Shown here piece by piece: positions 52,728 to 64,000 of a stretch of 64,000 nucleotides of DNA; the stretch's first letter is position 1, and each line of letters opens with the position of its first letter. The notes beneath the pieces were generated by a model. The model saw only the letters and a list, made by a program, of their open reading frames with translations, was not told the origin of the DNA and ran no database searches. The stretch comes from Candidatus Poribacteria bacterium (GTDB lineage: Bacteria; Poribacteria; WGA-4E; WGA-3G), in NCBI GenBank assembly GCA_963663765.2, contig CAXXUA010000004.1, positions 160,001 through 224,000 of the forward strand. Reading direction: 5' to 3'. Made by a program: the position numbers and the translations under genes.

Positions 52728-53240
52728 CTATTGCACACCTATTAGATGGCTTGGAATACGGCGCAGATCTGCATGTGGATCGCGCCGTAGAGATGGTGGT
52801 ATCGCTAATTCTGGCATTTTAAGCTCAGCAAATAGTTCCTGTTGTTCTGATGAGAGTTCGGCATGAATTTCTCTGAGTAGTTTTTCAATTTCCTTCAGAT
52901 ACGTATTGCGTTGGGCAAGGAATTTTCGAACTTTGATACGTATCTGATTGAGACTTCGTTGGCGTTGCGCTGTACTTAATCCACCGTCTGGACGATATAG
53001 CTGCCTATCATCTGCTACAAGTCGATAGTCGCGTATATCTTTCTCCATCTGGTGTTTCTCAAAGTCGTAATCATCCACAATATCGCGTATATACTGTATT
53101 TTTGGTTGGATAATCTGTGTCTGTGCATCTGTAAGTTGAAGTTCAGTGCTACTTTCCTGTATATCAATGAGTTTGGTAGGTCCACACCCTATAAAGATAG
53201 AAATAATGATGATGGGAATAGCAATTTGCTGAGAAACCAT
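52728..53240 (-). CDS. Hypothetical lipoprotein
   Basis: Hydrophobic leader ending FIGC, then a helical body. Confidence 0.7.
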   Translation of the reverse strand: MVSQQIAIPIIIISIFIGCGPTKLIDIQESSTELQLTDAQTQIIQPKIQYIRDIVDDYDFEKHQMEKDIRDYRLVADDRQLYRPDGGLSTAQRQRSLNQIRIKVRKFLAQRNTYLKEIEKLLREIHAELSSEQQELFAELKMPELAIPPSLRRDPHADLRRIPSHLIGVQ

Positions 53241-53255
53241 TTCTTAAGTCCTGCT

Positions 53256-54764
53256 TTAGTTTAGGGTATACAGTTCACCATATTTTGTGTGTAGATAGTC
53301 AATATACGGTTCAATAGTCATCGGTTTTCCTGTTGCGCGTTCAATGATTTCTGGTGCAGTAAATTTAGAACCGTGTTGATAAATATTGTTCTTCAACCAA
53401 GTATGTAATGTACTGAATTCACCTTTCTCAATGCTGTTAGGTATCTCAGGATGTGCTTCAAGAGCTTTCTCATAGAACTGTGCACCTAATATGTTTCCTA
53501 AAGTATATCCTTGAAAAGAACCCCCAATGAGTCCAAAATACCAATGTACATCCTGCATTACGCCATCTTTGTTGTCAGGAGGTGCAATACCAAAATCTGC
53601 TTCAAATCTATCACGCCATGCATTAGGCAGGTCCTTGATCTCCATTTCACCCTCTAAGAGTGCTAACTCAAAATCAAAACGCAACATAACATGCAGGTTA
53701 TATGTAACCTCGTCTGCTTCAGTGCGAATGAGCGATTTTTCAACCTTGTTTATTGCGCGGTGGAAAGTATCAAGTGCAACTGAACCGAGTTGTTCAGGAA
53801 ATGTATCTTGCAGATGTGGATAGAAACTTTTCCAGAAACCCTTACTACGTCCTACGATATTTTCCCAGAGACGCGATTGACTTTCATGAACACCCGCAGA
53901 CGTTCCTCGTGCAAGTGGTGTGCCTTCAAACTCCAATTTTATGCCTTGTTCGTAGAGAGCATGTCCAGTTTCGTGCATAGTACAGAACAAAGCTTCCCCA
54001 AGACTATCCTCTTTAGTACGGGTTGTAATCCGAACATCACCGAGTGAGAATTTTGTCATAAATGGATGATGTGTTTTGTCTTGTCGTCCACGCGTAAGGT
54101 CATAGCCAAACTGTTTAGCAACTTCCATTCCAAATTTCAGTTGTTTCTCTTCTGGATAATGCTTATGTAAACAGGTATCATCTGCGGGGGATTGCGATGT
54201 GATTGCAGAGGCGATGGGAACAAGTTCTTTGCGGAGTTCAGCAAAGATACGACTGACATCTGCTGCTTTCATACCGTAATCTCTCGGTTCAATAAGGGGG
54301 TCTGCAATGTGGTCGTATCCAGGGAAAAAATTTGCACATTCACGACTATATTCAAGTGTTTTTTCAAGATAGGGACGTACCCGTTCAAAGTCATTTGCGG
54401 GTCGTGCTTCTGTCCAAACCTGATATGATTCTGATGTGTGTGTTGAGACTTTTTGCATGAATGCTGCGGGGATTTTTATTGCACGCTCATACTTACGACG
54501 TGTGACTCGGATGAGACTTGCTTCATTGGAATCGTATTCCAAGCTTTTTTCGTAGGGTGTAAGGGCATCAAGTAGTTTTCCGATAGCGGGGTCTGTGAAT
54601 TTCTCATGTGCTATCCGATTCAGTGTGGCAGTTTGGCGTGCACGTGCTGCAGCACCTCCTGCAGGCATATAGGTAGATTGATCCCAGTGAAGTAAACCCG
54701 CAGCGGAGCTAATATCATTTACTACAAGTAGTCGTGCTTTTAGTTCTTTGAATTTAGATTGCAA
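53256..54764 (-). CDS. Carboxypeptidase M32 (Taq family)
   Basis: LHWDQST, HPF, HETGHALYEQ, HESQS, IRTEAD and QDVHW. Confidence 0.95.
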   Translation of the reverse strand: MQSKFKELKARLLVVNDISSAAGLLHWDQSTYMPAGGAAARARQTATLNRIAHEKFTDPAIGKLLDALTPYEKSLEYDSNEASLIRVTRRKYERAIKIPAAFMQKVSTHTSESYQVWTEARPANDFERVRPYLEKTLEYSRECANFFPGYDHIADPLIEPRDYGMKAADVSRIFAELRKELVPIASAITSQSPADDTCLHKHYPEEKQLKFGMEVAKQFGYDLTRGRQDKTHHPFMTKFSLGDVRITTRTKEDSLGEALFCTMHETGHALYEQGIKLEFEGTPLARGTSAGVHESQSRLWENIVGRSKGFWKSFYPHLQDTFPEQLGSVALDTFHRAINKVEKSLIRTEADEVTYNLHVMLRFDFELALLEGEMEIKDLPNAWRDRFEADFGIAPPDNKDGVMQDVHWYFGLIGGSFQGYTLGNILGAQFYEKALEAHPEIPNSIEKGEFSTLHTWLKNNIYQHGSKFTAPEIIERATGKPMTIEPYIDYLHTKYGELYTLN

Positions 54765-54879
54765 TTATTTTCACCTTCAATTCAAGGATATGTATTTTGT
54801 TTCTTATTACCAAATAGTTTAGCATATTTTGATTACATATACAACCAATTTTGGAATTGAAGGGCATCCCGTTTTTTGG

Positions 54880-55658
54880 TCCTACTGCGTTTGTGAATCA
54901 AAGAGGCGGAAGATACCACCGTTCTCGTTGTTGGCTGTTTCTGTATGGTTATGTTCCGTATTATGGTCATGGTCGTCGTGTTCAGTATGGACTGATTTTA
55001 TGCTACTGTCATATTTGATGTAGGGTAGGTTGACAGTTTTACCGCTATTGAGGCTTGCAGTGACTATGGCAGGATCATGATGGAAGTCTATCTCAACGAA
55101 GGTTAGTTAATAGGTGTGTTTTTATGTACTGTAGCCAGGTGGTAGTGTGCACTACCTACAGATGTCCGCGGCACAAGCGGCACCATATAAAGTGGATGTT
55201 CGGGGTGTTCGTTAATGTGTGTATGTTGCGATATAGTGTGAAATATATCTTCTTCACTCAGTAGCAAATGCATTACGCGGAGTGTTTTGAGGAATTCAAG
55301 TGCTTCATGTTCAGATGTGGCAGCAGCAACGTGTTGCTCATACAGGTCTATCTAATTCCAGCATGCGCGCAAGGTACTTGTCCTTTGGATAAACTTCACC
55401 TGCTTTGCCTATTGCCTGCTTGAATCTTTCAGTACCGTCATACTTAGCAATCAATTTATCATCCCACTTGTCTATCATTTCTGCAACGGTGTAGGGTTGG
55501 TAAACCTTTTTGATATGTGCAAGGTCAAGTTGCTCCCAATGCCTTACCCATAGGGATTTATCCACACTGCGAATTTTAGGATTGCTACGACCAAAAAAGG
55601 ATGCCAGCACAGCAATAACAGAAAAACTAACGATAATCAGGATTATCTGTTTTTTCAT
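54880..55658 (-). pseudogene. Decayed distant paralogue of the tandem membrane-anchored family
   Basis: ORF 55338-55658 has a TM leader and PYTVAEMIDKWD...EVYPKDKYLARML, similar to PQTVEAIMAEYD...ETYPRADFLQRVL. Broken fragments follow, including a His-rich stretch near 54900-55040. Confidence 0.55.
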
Positions 55659-57266
55659 TACGGTGCTACAGATGCAGGCGGTGCAGCTTCTGGTTTTGGT
55701 GGTGCAGGTGTCTCAGGTCTTTTCGGGACTTTAGGTGGCGGTTGCTTCCCTGTGCCGAAGTAACTTTCTAACATGTCTGCAAGTACTTCGTTGTCATGCC
55801 GTATCCTCTGTATCCCTTTTTCAAACCCGTGTTGAAACAGTGTACCTAAGGCTCTTTCAAGTCGCTCAGGGGTGATTAGTTCTAACTTTTCGACGGGATG
55901 TGCGGGTAGAAACTGTTTTCGGAATTGTCTTTCAAGGGATTTTTCAATTTCCGCATCCGACATCGTTGAGAATTCTTCTATTTGTCGCATGCGGTTCTCA
56001 AACTTCTCGTATTCAGCTTTTGCGGCGGCTTGGACTGCCAGCGCTGCTTTACGTGCTGCCTCACGGCGCGCTGCGTCTGGGTCATGTGTGGTCTCTTGCG
56101 TTTCGCGGGTTTGCCTTGCCTCATATTCTTCAAGCCAATCGATAGATGCCGGATGGCCGATTACCGATTCATAGTTATCAGGGGTTAACTTGACACCATC
56201 AACTTCAACATGGTGATGTGTGGGAACTCGCGTAGATTATTTAGCAAGTGGCGGAGGCACCGGAAGGACATTATAATCGTCATCAATGTAGATGATCTCA
56301 ATATCCTCTGGTTCAATACCTTTGAACCAAAGATCATTTGTCTGTTTTTGAGACAAACTACTACCAAAACCATACATGCTTTCGCGATTTTCTCCGAAAC
56401 GAACGTACCGCATCTTATCGATCACCGGTAGATATTTGTCCGGTTTCTGGATTCTCTTCGGAAACCTGTTGAATGATACTATTCTCCCATACCTTCCTAT
56501 CAAGAAATCCCTCTTCGTATTCTGCAAAATCTGTAGTGATCGGGATCCCATGGTTGCCGGAATGCCAGTCTTCTGGTCTGTCCTTTCTATAGAGCAATTC
56601 CCCGCGCAATTTCATATAATACTCGTAATCTGAAACCTTTTTAACTACCGCGCCTTTATCAAGGAGACGTTGGAGAAACACCGCACGCGGATATATTTCT
56701 TCCATCTCTGCGGCGCGGGGAAAACTATTATCATACCTATCGTCAAATTCTGTCATGATCGCCTCTGTGGTTTGAGGTCCCTCATAATACACTGGTTTAT
56801 CAAGGTGAGGCATTTCGGTTACAGGTGTAGGGATAGGGTATTTTTTCTTCTCGTAACGCTTTGCCTGATCCAATAAATAACTATAATCTCCTGGACGCTG
56901 CAAATCTATTTCCTTGGAGGTAGACAAAAAACCATTTTCTACTGACCAACCAAGGCGTATCTCTGTAAGGGCTTTTGCCCATTCCTTCCAGCTGGAGGGT
57001 GTCTGTGCTGCGTAAGCAGCGCGTTTTTCGGGGTCCGCAAGTGGGTGCAGCAACGTGCGATCTTCACCTGGCTTTGCCTTTGTCGCAATACGCGTGGGAT
57101 GCATGGGCAATGTCCGTTGTTTGGAAACCACATCTGGTGGAGACGCTACCTGATCACCCGAATGATCCTCACGGTGCATGAGTAATGCCCCTAAAGCACC
57201 TATACCTAATAAAATAGAAACAATAAAAATAGTCTTTTTGAGTGTCATCTGTCTTGTCCCTTTCAT
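55658..57266 (-). pseudogene. Tandem family paralogue 1 (32-bp deletion and in-frame TAA)
   Basis: ORFs 56415-57326, 56237-56551 and 55658-55990 join into one gene when aligned to 60153-61763. Confidence 0.85.
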
Positions 57267-57325
57267 TTGTAAAGATTCTCGACAATGCAAAGTACACCAC
57301 CGGGAAAGTATTAACAGCAAGATCA

Positions 57326-57679
57326 ATCACTACGGAAAGTAATAGTAACTGCCAGATGTAGACGAGGAAGGATTACTAGGATGGTAATCGTACGAGACAG
57401 AATTATTACTAAAGGTGTCTTCAAAATAGAAATTTATCTCTGCATGACTATTTGCTGGATCATACCTGTCTTGAACGTTTGAGGTCATACCGTTAAGAGT
57501 GGTTGATCTTCACGGCCTTCTTAGTCTTCGTACAGCGAATTTGTGTATTAACTCTTATGACTTTCGTCACCGGAACATTCACATATCCCATTGGTAACTG
57601 GCAAGATGACGAGCCCCGCCAGCGCAACAATAGACAAACATGTAGGAGTTAAAGTAATCGTCAAATTCTTAAAACGCAT
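57326..57679 (-). pseudogene. Small secreted partner gene, decayed
   Basis: ATG 57679 MRFKNLTITLTPTCLSIVALAGLVILP (signal peptide). The 3' end VQDRYDPANSHAEINFYF...SGSYYYFP* is shared with 61826-61980. Confidence 0.6.
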
Positions 57680-57754
57680 TTTCAATCTACTTTATAATCA
57701 AACTGTAAAGTATTTTCACAGTCTATTTTGATGCCGACAATAACAGGAGACATG

Positions 57755-58060
57755 CAGGGTTATTTAGTTTTAGGTTTTTTTGATGATTATTTGCTATAAC
57801 GTTAATTTATGTATTGCCATCTTGTCCAGTTCTTTAGTCCCGTAGGGACGATATGTTTATAGAAAAATGTTATCTACTCCTCTTGAGTTCCGTAGGAACG
57901 GCATATAAGAATAAACATATCGTCCCTACGGGACTAAAGAGCGATGTTCATGTTTCAATAATCTAAAACTGATGCAGAAAGTTCAGTTAGGAAACCGAAC
58001 CTGGGTATTAACTTTCAGTAAATCTCAATAACAGAAAACTCTTAAAACTAAATAACCCTG
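57755..58060. mobile_element. MITE family A
   Basis: Perfect TIR cagggttatttagtttt / aaaactaaataaccctg. The flanks do not match each other. Confidence 0.9.
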
Positions 58061-58118
58061 CTAATAAAATTCCGCCTATACACTTTTTTTCTTTTTCAGG
58101 TGGTGCAGGTCTCTCAGG

Positions 58119-59687
58119 TCACTTTGGGACTTTAGGTGGCGGTTGCTTCCCTGTGCTGAAGTAACTTTCTAACATGTCTGCAAGTACTTCGTTGTCATGC
58201 CGTATCCTCTGTATCCCTTTTTCAAACCCGTGTTGAAAGAGTGTACCTAATGCCCTTTCAAGTCGCTCAGGGGTGATTAGTTCTAACTTTTCGACGGGAT
58301 GTTCGGGTAGAAACTGTTTTCGGAATTGTCTTTCAAGTGATTTCTCAATTTCCGCATCCGACATCGTTGAGAATTCTTCTATTTGCCGCATGCGGTTCTC
58401 AAACTTCTCATATTCCGTTTTGGCTGCGGCTTGTGCTGCCAGCGCTGCTTTACGTGCTGCCTCACGGCGCGCGGCATTTGGATCATGTGTGGTATCTTGC
58501 GTTTCGCGGGTTTGCCTTGCCTCATATTCTTCAAGCCATTCGATAGGTGCCGGATGGCCGACTACCGATTCATAGTTATTAGATGTAAGCGGTATACCTT
58601 TAAATTCTACAGCATGTTTCTGTGAACGTATGATTAGATCCCGTAGAGTAACAATCGGTGGGGGTTCTGAAAGCACATTGTAATCTTCGTCTATGTAGAC
58701 AATCTCTATACCATCCGGTTCAATCCCTTTTTGAAAGAGATTACTCTGTTGATTTTCTGTCAACGCTGTCCCAAATATGTCTAAACCACCATATTTATCC
58801 CGGTGAGCATACGTCATTTTCCCTATCACAGGGAGATACACATCAGGATGGCTAGCGGGAAAATAAACGTCAAAACTTTCACCTGGGTTCGCTTCAGAGA
58901 CTTGCCGTCTAACCTTATTTTCCCAGACCTTTCGCTGTAGAAAACCTTCTTCATATTCAGTGAAGTCTGTTGTAATCGGTATGCCGTAACTACCAGAACG
59001 CCAATCGTCAGGATGATCCCTCCGATACAAGAGCATTTGCCGCGTTACTTTTATCCAATATGCGTAATCGGTCCCGTTTTTGATCACCGCTCCTTTGTCA
59101 AGCACACGCTGCAGAAAATCCGCACGCGGATATGTTTCTTCTAACTCTTCAGCACGAGGGTCATAGTACGTTGGCGGCGCGTCATATTCCGCCATAATCG
59201 CCTCTACTGTCTGAGGTCCCTCATAATGCTTCGATTCATCCAGATAGGGTAACTCAATAGCAGTAGCAGGCACTGGGTGATTTTTCTTTTTATAACGATG
59301 GGATTGCCACGTAAAATGTTGAAAGAAAATCTTACGTTTACTAACAAGCTCGTCGGGTGTTAAAATTAAACCTTCTTCTACATAAGAACCCAGACGTGTC
59401 TCTGTAAGTGCTTTTACCCATTCATCCCAACTTGTGATCGGTTGATTTTTATACGCTTCGCGCTTTTCGGGGTCCGCAAGCCTGTGCAGCAACGTGCGAT
59501 CCTCGCCTGGCTTTGCTTTTGACCCAACACGCGTGTTAGGATGATGAGGAAACCGATCTTCAGTACCTCCAGGCGCAGCCATTTCTGTATCCGCAGTTTT
59601 TTTACCATGGTGGAATAGGAAGATTCCTATAGTAGTACTAAGACCTAACACAATAAAAAAAATGAAAATAATCTTTTTAAGTGTCAT
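58119..59687 (-). CDS. Tandem family paralogue 2, essentially full length; N-terminal TM anchor, unknown function
   Basis: 522-aa ORF spanning the variable body and the conserved MRQIEEFSTMSDAEIEKSLERQFRKQF C-terminal domain. Confidence 0.85.
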   Translation of the reverse strand: MTLKKIIFIFFIVLGLSTTIGIFLFHHGKKTADTEMAAPGGTEDRFPHHPNTRVGSKAKPGEDRTLLHRLADPEKREAYKNQPITSWDEWVKALTETRLGSYVEEGLILTPDELVSKRKIFFQHFTWQSHRYKKKNHPVPATAIELPYLDESKHYEGPQTVEAIMAEYDAPPTYYDPRAEELEETYPRADFLQRVLDKGAVIKNGTDYAYWIKVTRQMLLYRRDHPDDWRSGSYGIPITTDFTEYEEGFLQRKVWENKVRRQVSEANPGESFDVYFPASHPDVYLPVIGKMTYAHRDKYGGLDIFGTALTENQQSNLFQKGIEPDGIEIVYIDEDYNVLSEPPPIVTLRDLIIRSQKHAVEFKGIPLTSNNYESVVGHPAPIEWLEEYEARQTRETQDTTHDPNAARREAARKAALAAQAAAKTEYEKFENRMRQIEEFSTMSDAEIEKSLERQFRKQFLPEHPVEKLELITPERLERALGTLFQHGFEKGIQRIRHDNEVLADMLESYFSTGKQPPPKVPK

Positions 59688-59760
59688 CCGTTTTTACTCC
59701 TCTAATGATTGAAAACCGGTGGAACAATACACACCACCGGGTAAATAGGTCTACAGAAAA

Positions 59761-60045
59761 TCAATCACCTCCAGAACCTCCGCCTGAATCATAATCAGCG
59801 GGTTTCCAAGATACAGAATTACAACCACTGTGCCCTGAAAATTGAAAATCTAATGATACTTTGTTTTCAAGTCCGTACGTGGATAAATCTTTATTCTGAG
59901 TCTTACTAGGACCTTCTACTACAATTCGTCTTTCAACTTTTGTTTCATCGTTTGCCGTATATTTGTTTCCATTTGTGTGCGTAAAGGTGTAATGACCACG
60001 CAATGTTACCTCCCCTTCATAGACACTAGCCTTCACTAATGTCAA
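59761..60045 (-). pseudogene. 3' fragment of a partner gene (beta-rich, ends SGGGSGGD)
   Basis: Open frame with no convincing start, in the same position as the other partner genes and followed by a hairpin at ~59715-59741. Confidence 0.5.
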
Positions 60046-60152
60046 ATTTATTTTAGAAAATTTACGAAATTTCTAAAGTTTTTCACTATTTTTGAAATAA
60101 TAAACGCGAATTTTATTTTTGTCAAATTAAATTCTAATAAATATCCGCCTAT

Positions 60153-61763
60153 TCACTTTTTTTCTTTTTTAGGTGGTGCAGGTCTCTTTGGGACTTTAGG
60201 TGGCGGTTGCTTCCTCGTGCCGAAGTAACTTTCTAACATGTCAGCGAGCACAGCGTTATCCTGCCGTATCCTCTGTATCCCCTTTTCAAACCCGTGCTGA
60301 AAGAGTGTCCCTAATGCCCTTTCAAGTCGCTCAGGGGTGATCAGTTCTAACTTTTCGACTGGATGTTCGGATAGAAACTGTTTTCGGAATTGTCTTTCAA
60401 GGGATTTTTCAATTTCCGCATCCGACATCGTTGAGAATTCTTCTATTTGCCGCATGCGGTTCTCAAACTTTTCGTATTCTGCTTTAGCGGCGGCTTGTGC
60501 TGCCAGAGCTGCTTCACGGGCTGCCTCACGGCGTGCTGCGTCTGTGTCATGTGTAGTCTCTTGCGTTTATCGGGTTTGCATTGCCTTATATTCTTCAAGC
60601 CATTCGATAGATGCCGGATGGCCGACTACCGATTCATAGTTTTCAGGGGTTAACTTGACACCATCAACTTCAACATGGTGATGTGTGGGAACTTGCGTAG
60701 ATTTTTTAGCAAGTGGCGGAGGCCCCGGAAGGACATTATAATCGTCATCAATGTAGATGATCTCGGTATCCTCTGGTTCAATACCTTTGAACCAGAGATC
60801 ACTTGTCTGTTTTTGAGACAAACTACTACCAAAACCATATATGCTTTCTCGATTTTCCCCGAAGCGAACGTACCGCATTTTTCCGATCACCGGTAGATAT
60901 TTGTCTGGAGTACTTCCAGCAAAGTAGACTGTCACACTTCTTTCTGGATTCTCTTCGGAAACCTGTTGAATGATACTATTTTCCCATACCTTCCTATCAA
61001 GAAAACCCTCTTCATATTCTGCAAAATCTGTAGTGATCGGGATCCATTGGTTGCCGGAATGCCAGTCTTCTGGTCTGTCCTTCCTATAGAGCAATTCCCC
61101 GCGCAATTTCATATAATACTTGTAATCCGATACCTTTTTGACCACCGCGCCTTTATCAAGGAGACGTTGGAGAAACACCGCACGCGGATATATTTCTTCC
61201 ATCTCTGCGGCGCGGGGAAAACTATTATCATACCTATCGTCAAATTCCGTCATGATCGCCTCTGTGGTTTGAGGTCCCTCATAATACTTCGTCTCATCAA
61301 GATATGGCAACTCAATAGCAGTGGTAGGTACCGGATGATTTTTCTTCTTATAACGCCTCGCTTGTGTCATCCAATGTTGAGAATAATGATTACGCCGCAA
61401 CGCAACTTCCTTAAGTGTTAAAATAAACCCATCTTCTACTCTGGAACCGAGGTCTATCTCTACCATTGCTTTTGCCCATTCATCCCAGCTGGAGGGTGTC
61501 TGTGCTGCGTAAGCAGCGCGTTTTTCGGGGTCCGCAAGCGGGTGCAGCAACGTGCGATCCTCACCTGGCTTTGCCTTTGTCGCAATACGTGTAGAGTGCA
61601 TGGGCAACGTCTGTTGTTCGGAAACCACATCTGGTGGAGACGCTACCTGATCACCCGAATGATCCTCACGGTGCATGAGTAATGCCCCTAAAGCACCTAT
61701 ACCTAATAAAATAGAAACAATAAAAATAGTCTTTTTGAGTGTCATCTGTTTTGTCCTTTTCAT
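60153..61763 (-). pseudogene. Tandem family paralogue 3 (single in-frame TAA at 60567)
   Basis: ORFs 60567-61826 and 60153-60455 are in the same frame. CAA ACC CGA TAA ACG replaces CAA ACC CGC GAA ACG. Confidence 0.85.
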
Positions 61764-61825
61764 TGTAAGGATTCCCGATAGTGCAAAGTACACCATCGGG
61801 AAAGTATTAACAGTAAGATCAATCA

Positions 61826-62014
61826 CTACGGAAAGTAATAGTAACTGCCAGATGTAGACGAGGAAGGATCCCTAGGATGGTAATCGTACGAGACAGAATT
61901 ATTACTAAAGGTGTCTTCAAAATAGAAATTTATCTCTGCATGACTATTTGCTGGATCATACCTGTCTTGAACGTTTGGGATCCTACCGTGTTGTTGCACA
62001 TGAGCTGCTCCCAA
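61826..62014 (-). pseudogene. 3' fragment of a partner gene
   Basis: Near-identical to 57326-57480 over ~155 bp. Confidence 0.55.
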
Positions 62015-62177
62015 ATTACTTATGCTCGCATATTGATCTTGAGAATCGCCCTTTACTCTCTTATAAAAACTTTCTCGCCTATCTTCCGAGAAATAGCACC
62101 TTTTAACCCCCTAACCCCCCTTATCAAGTGGGGAATACGTTCATCATGAATTATCTATTTTTTCATTACGGTGCTTC

Positions 62178-63749
62178 TTATGATTTTGGTGGTGCGGGTC
62201 TCTCTGGTCTTTTCGGGACTTTAGGTGGCGGTTGCTTCCCTGTGCCGAAGTAGCTTTCTAACATGTCTGCAAGCACTTCGTTATCTTGTCGTATCCTGCG
62301 GATCCTCTTTTCAAATCCGTGTTGAAACAGTGTACCTAATGCCCTTTCAAGTCGCTCAGGGGTGATCAGTTCTAACTTTTCGACGGCATGTTCGGGTAGA
62401 AACTGTTTTCGGAATTGTCTTTCAAGCGTCTTTTCAATTTCCGCATCCGACACCGTTGAGAATTCTTCTATTTGCCGCATGCGGTTCTCAAACTTCTCGT
62501 ATTCCGTTTTGGCTGTGGCTTGTGCTGCCTCGGCAGCAGCGCTGGCTGCCTCACGGCGTGCTGCTTACCGATCAACAGTTGGTTCTGTCTCAACGTATTC
62601 ATCATATTTTTGTCTTATCTTGTAAGACATCGGTTTACCAGTGATTTCTTCATAACGTTCCGGTGTAAGTATTGTACCATCCGGCGCGCGGAGCCCTTCA
62701 GGTACAATATCGTAAGAGTTCTCCTCTCTCCATTTATCCCGATCAAAAGGTTTAGGCTTTTCGGAAAGGACGTTATAATCCTCATCAATGAAGACTACTT
62801 CTATACCCTCTGGTTCAATGCCTTTGTAAAGGAGGTTACGCCTTTGTTCATCGGTTAACATTGTCCCCCATGTCACCATAGTACCACTCGGTTTTTGACG
62901 AACGTACGTCATTTTACCCAAAGCTGGCAGGAATTTATCAGGATGACTTGGTGGAAAAAAAACACTTACCACCGAAGCGTCTGGGTTCTCAGTTGAAACT
63001 TTTTTAATAGTCTCAAATTCCCATATCTTTCTATCAATGAATCCATCAACATATTCTTTGAAGTTTGTAGTTATAGGGATATTGAGTTCACCAGAGTGCC
63101 ATGCTGCTGGCGCGTCTTTGAATTGCATGAGTTGTTCTCGTAAATTGAGAATATCTGCATAGTCAACGTACTCATTAAATCTATAACCTTTATCTAAAAA
63201 CTTTTGGAGAAAAGCTTCTTTCGGAAAATGTTCAGTCAATTCGGTTGATTCGGGATGTTTTTCAAGATATTTAGCATCAAATTCCTCAATAAGTGCTTCA
63301 GGTATCTGTAACCCAGTATAAGATAGACCAATGATCAACGCCCGTGGAAAATCGTCAATAAGATTTTTTGGAGGCGGATATTTTTTTCTATATTCTGCCA
63401 ATTCCCCTGCGAATGTTTCCCAAAGTTCTTTGCGTACTATCTCCACGTCTGCAAGGGTCTTAATAAGGTCACCACCTTCAGTAATTGAGCCGAGATTATA
63501 TTCTGTCCATGCATAAATCCATTCATCCCAAGTTGAAATAACTGATTGTTCACGATAAGCATCCCGTTTATCAGCATCAGCGAGGGGATGTAAGACTTCC
63601 ATTTCTTTAGGAGACAAACTTTCTTGTTGATATACACCGTTAGAGGAATTAGTTTGATTGTTGGCGGTATCAGTGGAACGAAGTATAATGAAAACAGCAC
63701 CAAGGCTTAATACGATAGAAATTATAATATAAATATTTCTGTGTTTCAC
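62178..63749 (-). pseudogene. Tandem family paralogue 4 (in-frame TAA at 62565)
   Basis: Probable GTG start after SD AGGAG. It reads PTVDR*AARREAASAAAEAAQ in frame with 62178-62480. Confidence 0.8.
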
Positions 63750-64000
63750 GATATTTTCTCCTGTGTGTTTAGGCGGTGCAATCACACAGAAAGATATGGC
63801 AAAAGACACGAGTATTAGGTTCACGGTTGGCCAGTGTATGTGACTTCTTTATGGCCGCTGGAAGCTGCTGAATTGAAACTTACACTTCGTGTTGCAGAAG
63901 AGTCCTCTTTTTTTTCAAACTCTACAGATACTGAGTGTCCAGATGTTCTGCCTCGTTAACCACTCTCTCTTGTGGATATTCTCTACTAAGTTTAGTTACT

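Noticed and set aside
55658-63824. Diversity-generating retroelement acting on the paralogues
   Set aside because: No reverse transcriptase is in the window, and the differences are not restricted to adenines and include indels.

Overview
AT-rich bacterial window. The gene content (CotH-ankyrin fusion, FRG-TPR, Uma2 paralogues, GH88, DUF1080, dense REP/MITE load) resembles Candidatus Poribacteria, but that assignment is inference. Housekeeping and catabolic genes (xylonate-type dehydratase, TAXI, dipeptide and sugar ABC permeases, mutY, carboxypeptidase M32, nucleoside hydrolase) alternate with many defence-like modules: a DUF4007 + P-loop ATPase pair (Ssp/BREX-4-like, cut by the window edge), a complete type II Zorya, an ABC-ATPase/TOPRIM gene, an AAA + nuclease pair, a zeta-like pair and a TIR/TM/STAND-remnant cluster. 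There is also a duplicated, uncharacterised module of a 'WDGY' protein plus an ADP-ribosyltransferase-like protein. One copy also has a TIGR04255 gene, and each copy is followed by a tandem repeat array. Intergenic DNA holds at least seven families of non-autonomous inverted-repeat elements carrying REP-like hairpins, including one family with exact 20-bp target duplications inside REP sequences. The last 9 kb is a tandem array of two-gene cassettes whose large paralogues are mosaics, three of them with in-frame TAA stops just before a conserved C-terminal domain. I recognised no rRNA, tRNA, CRISPR array or reverse transcriptase.
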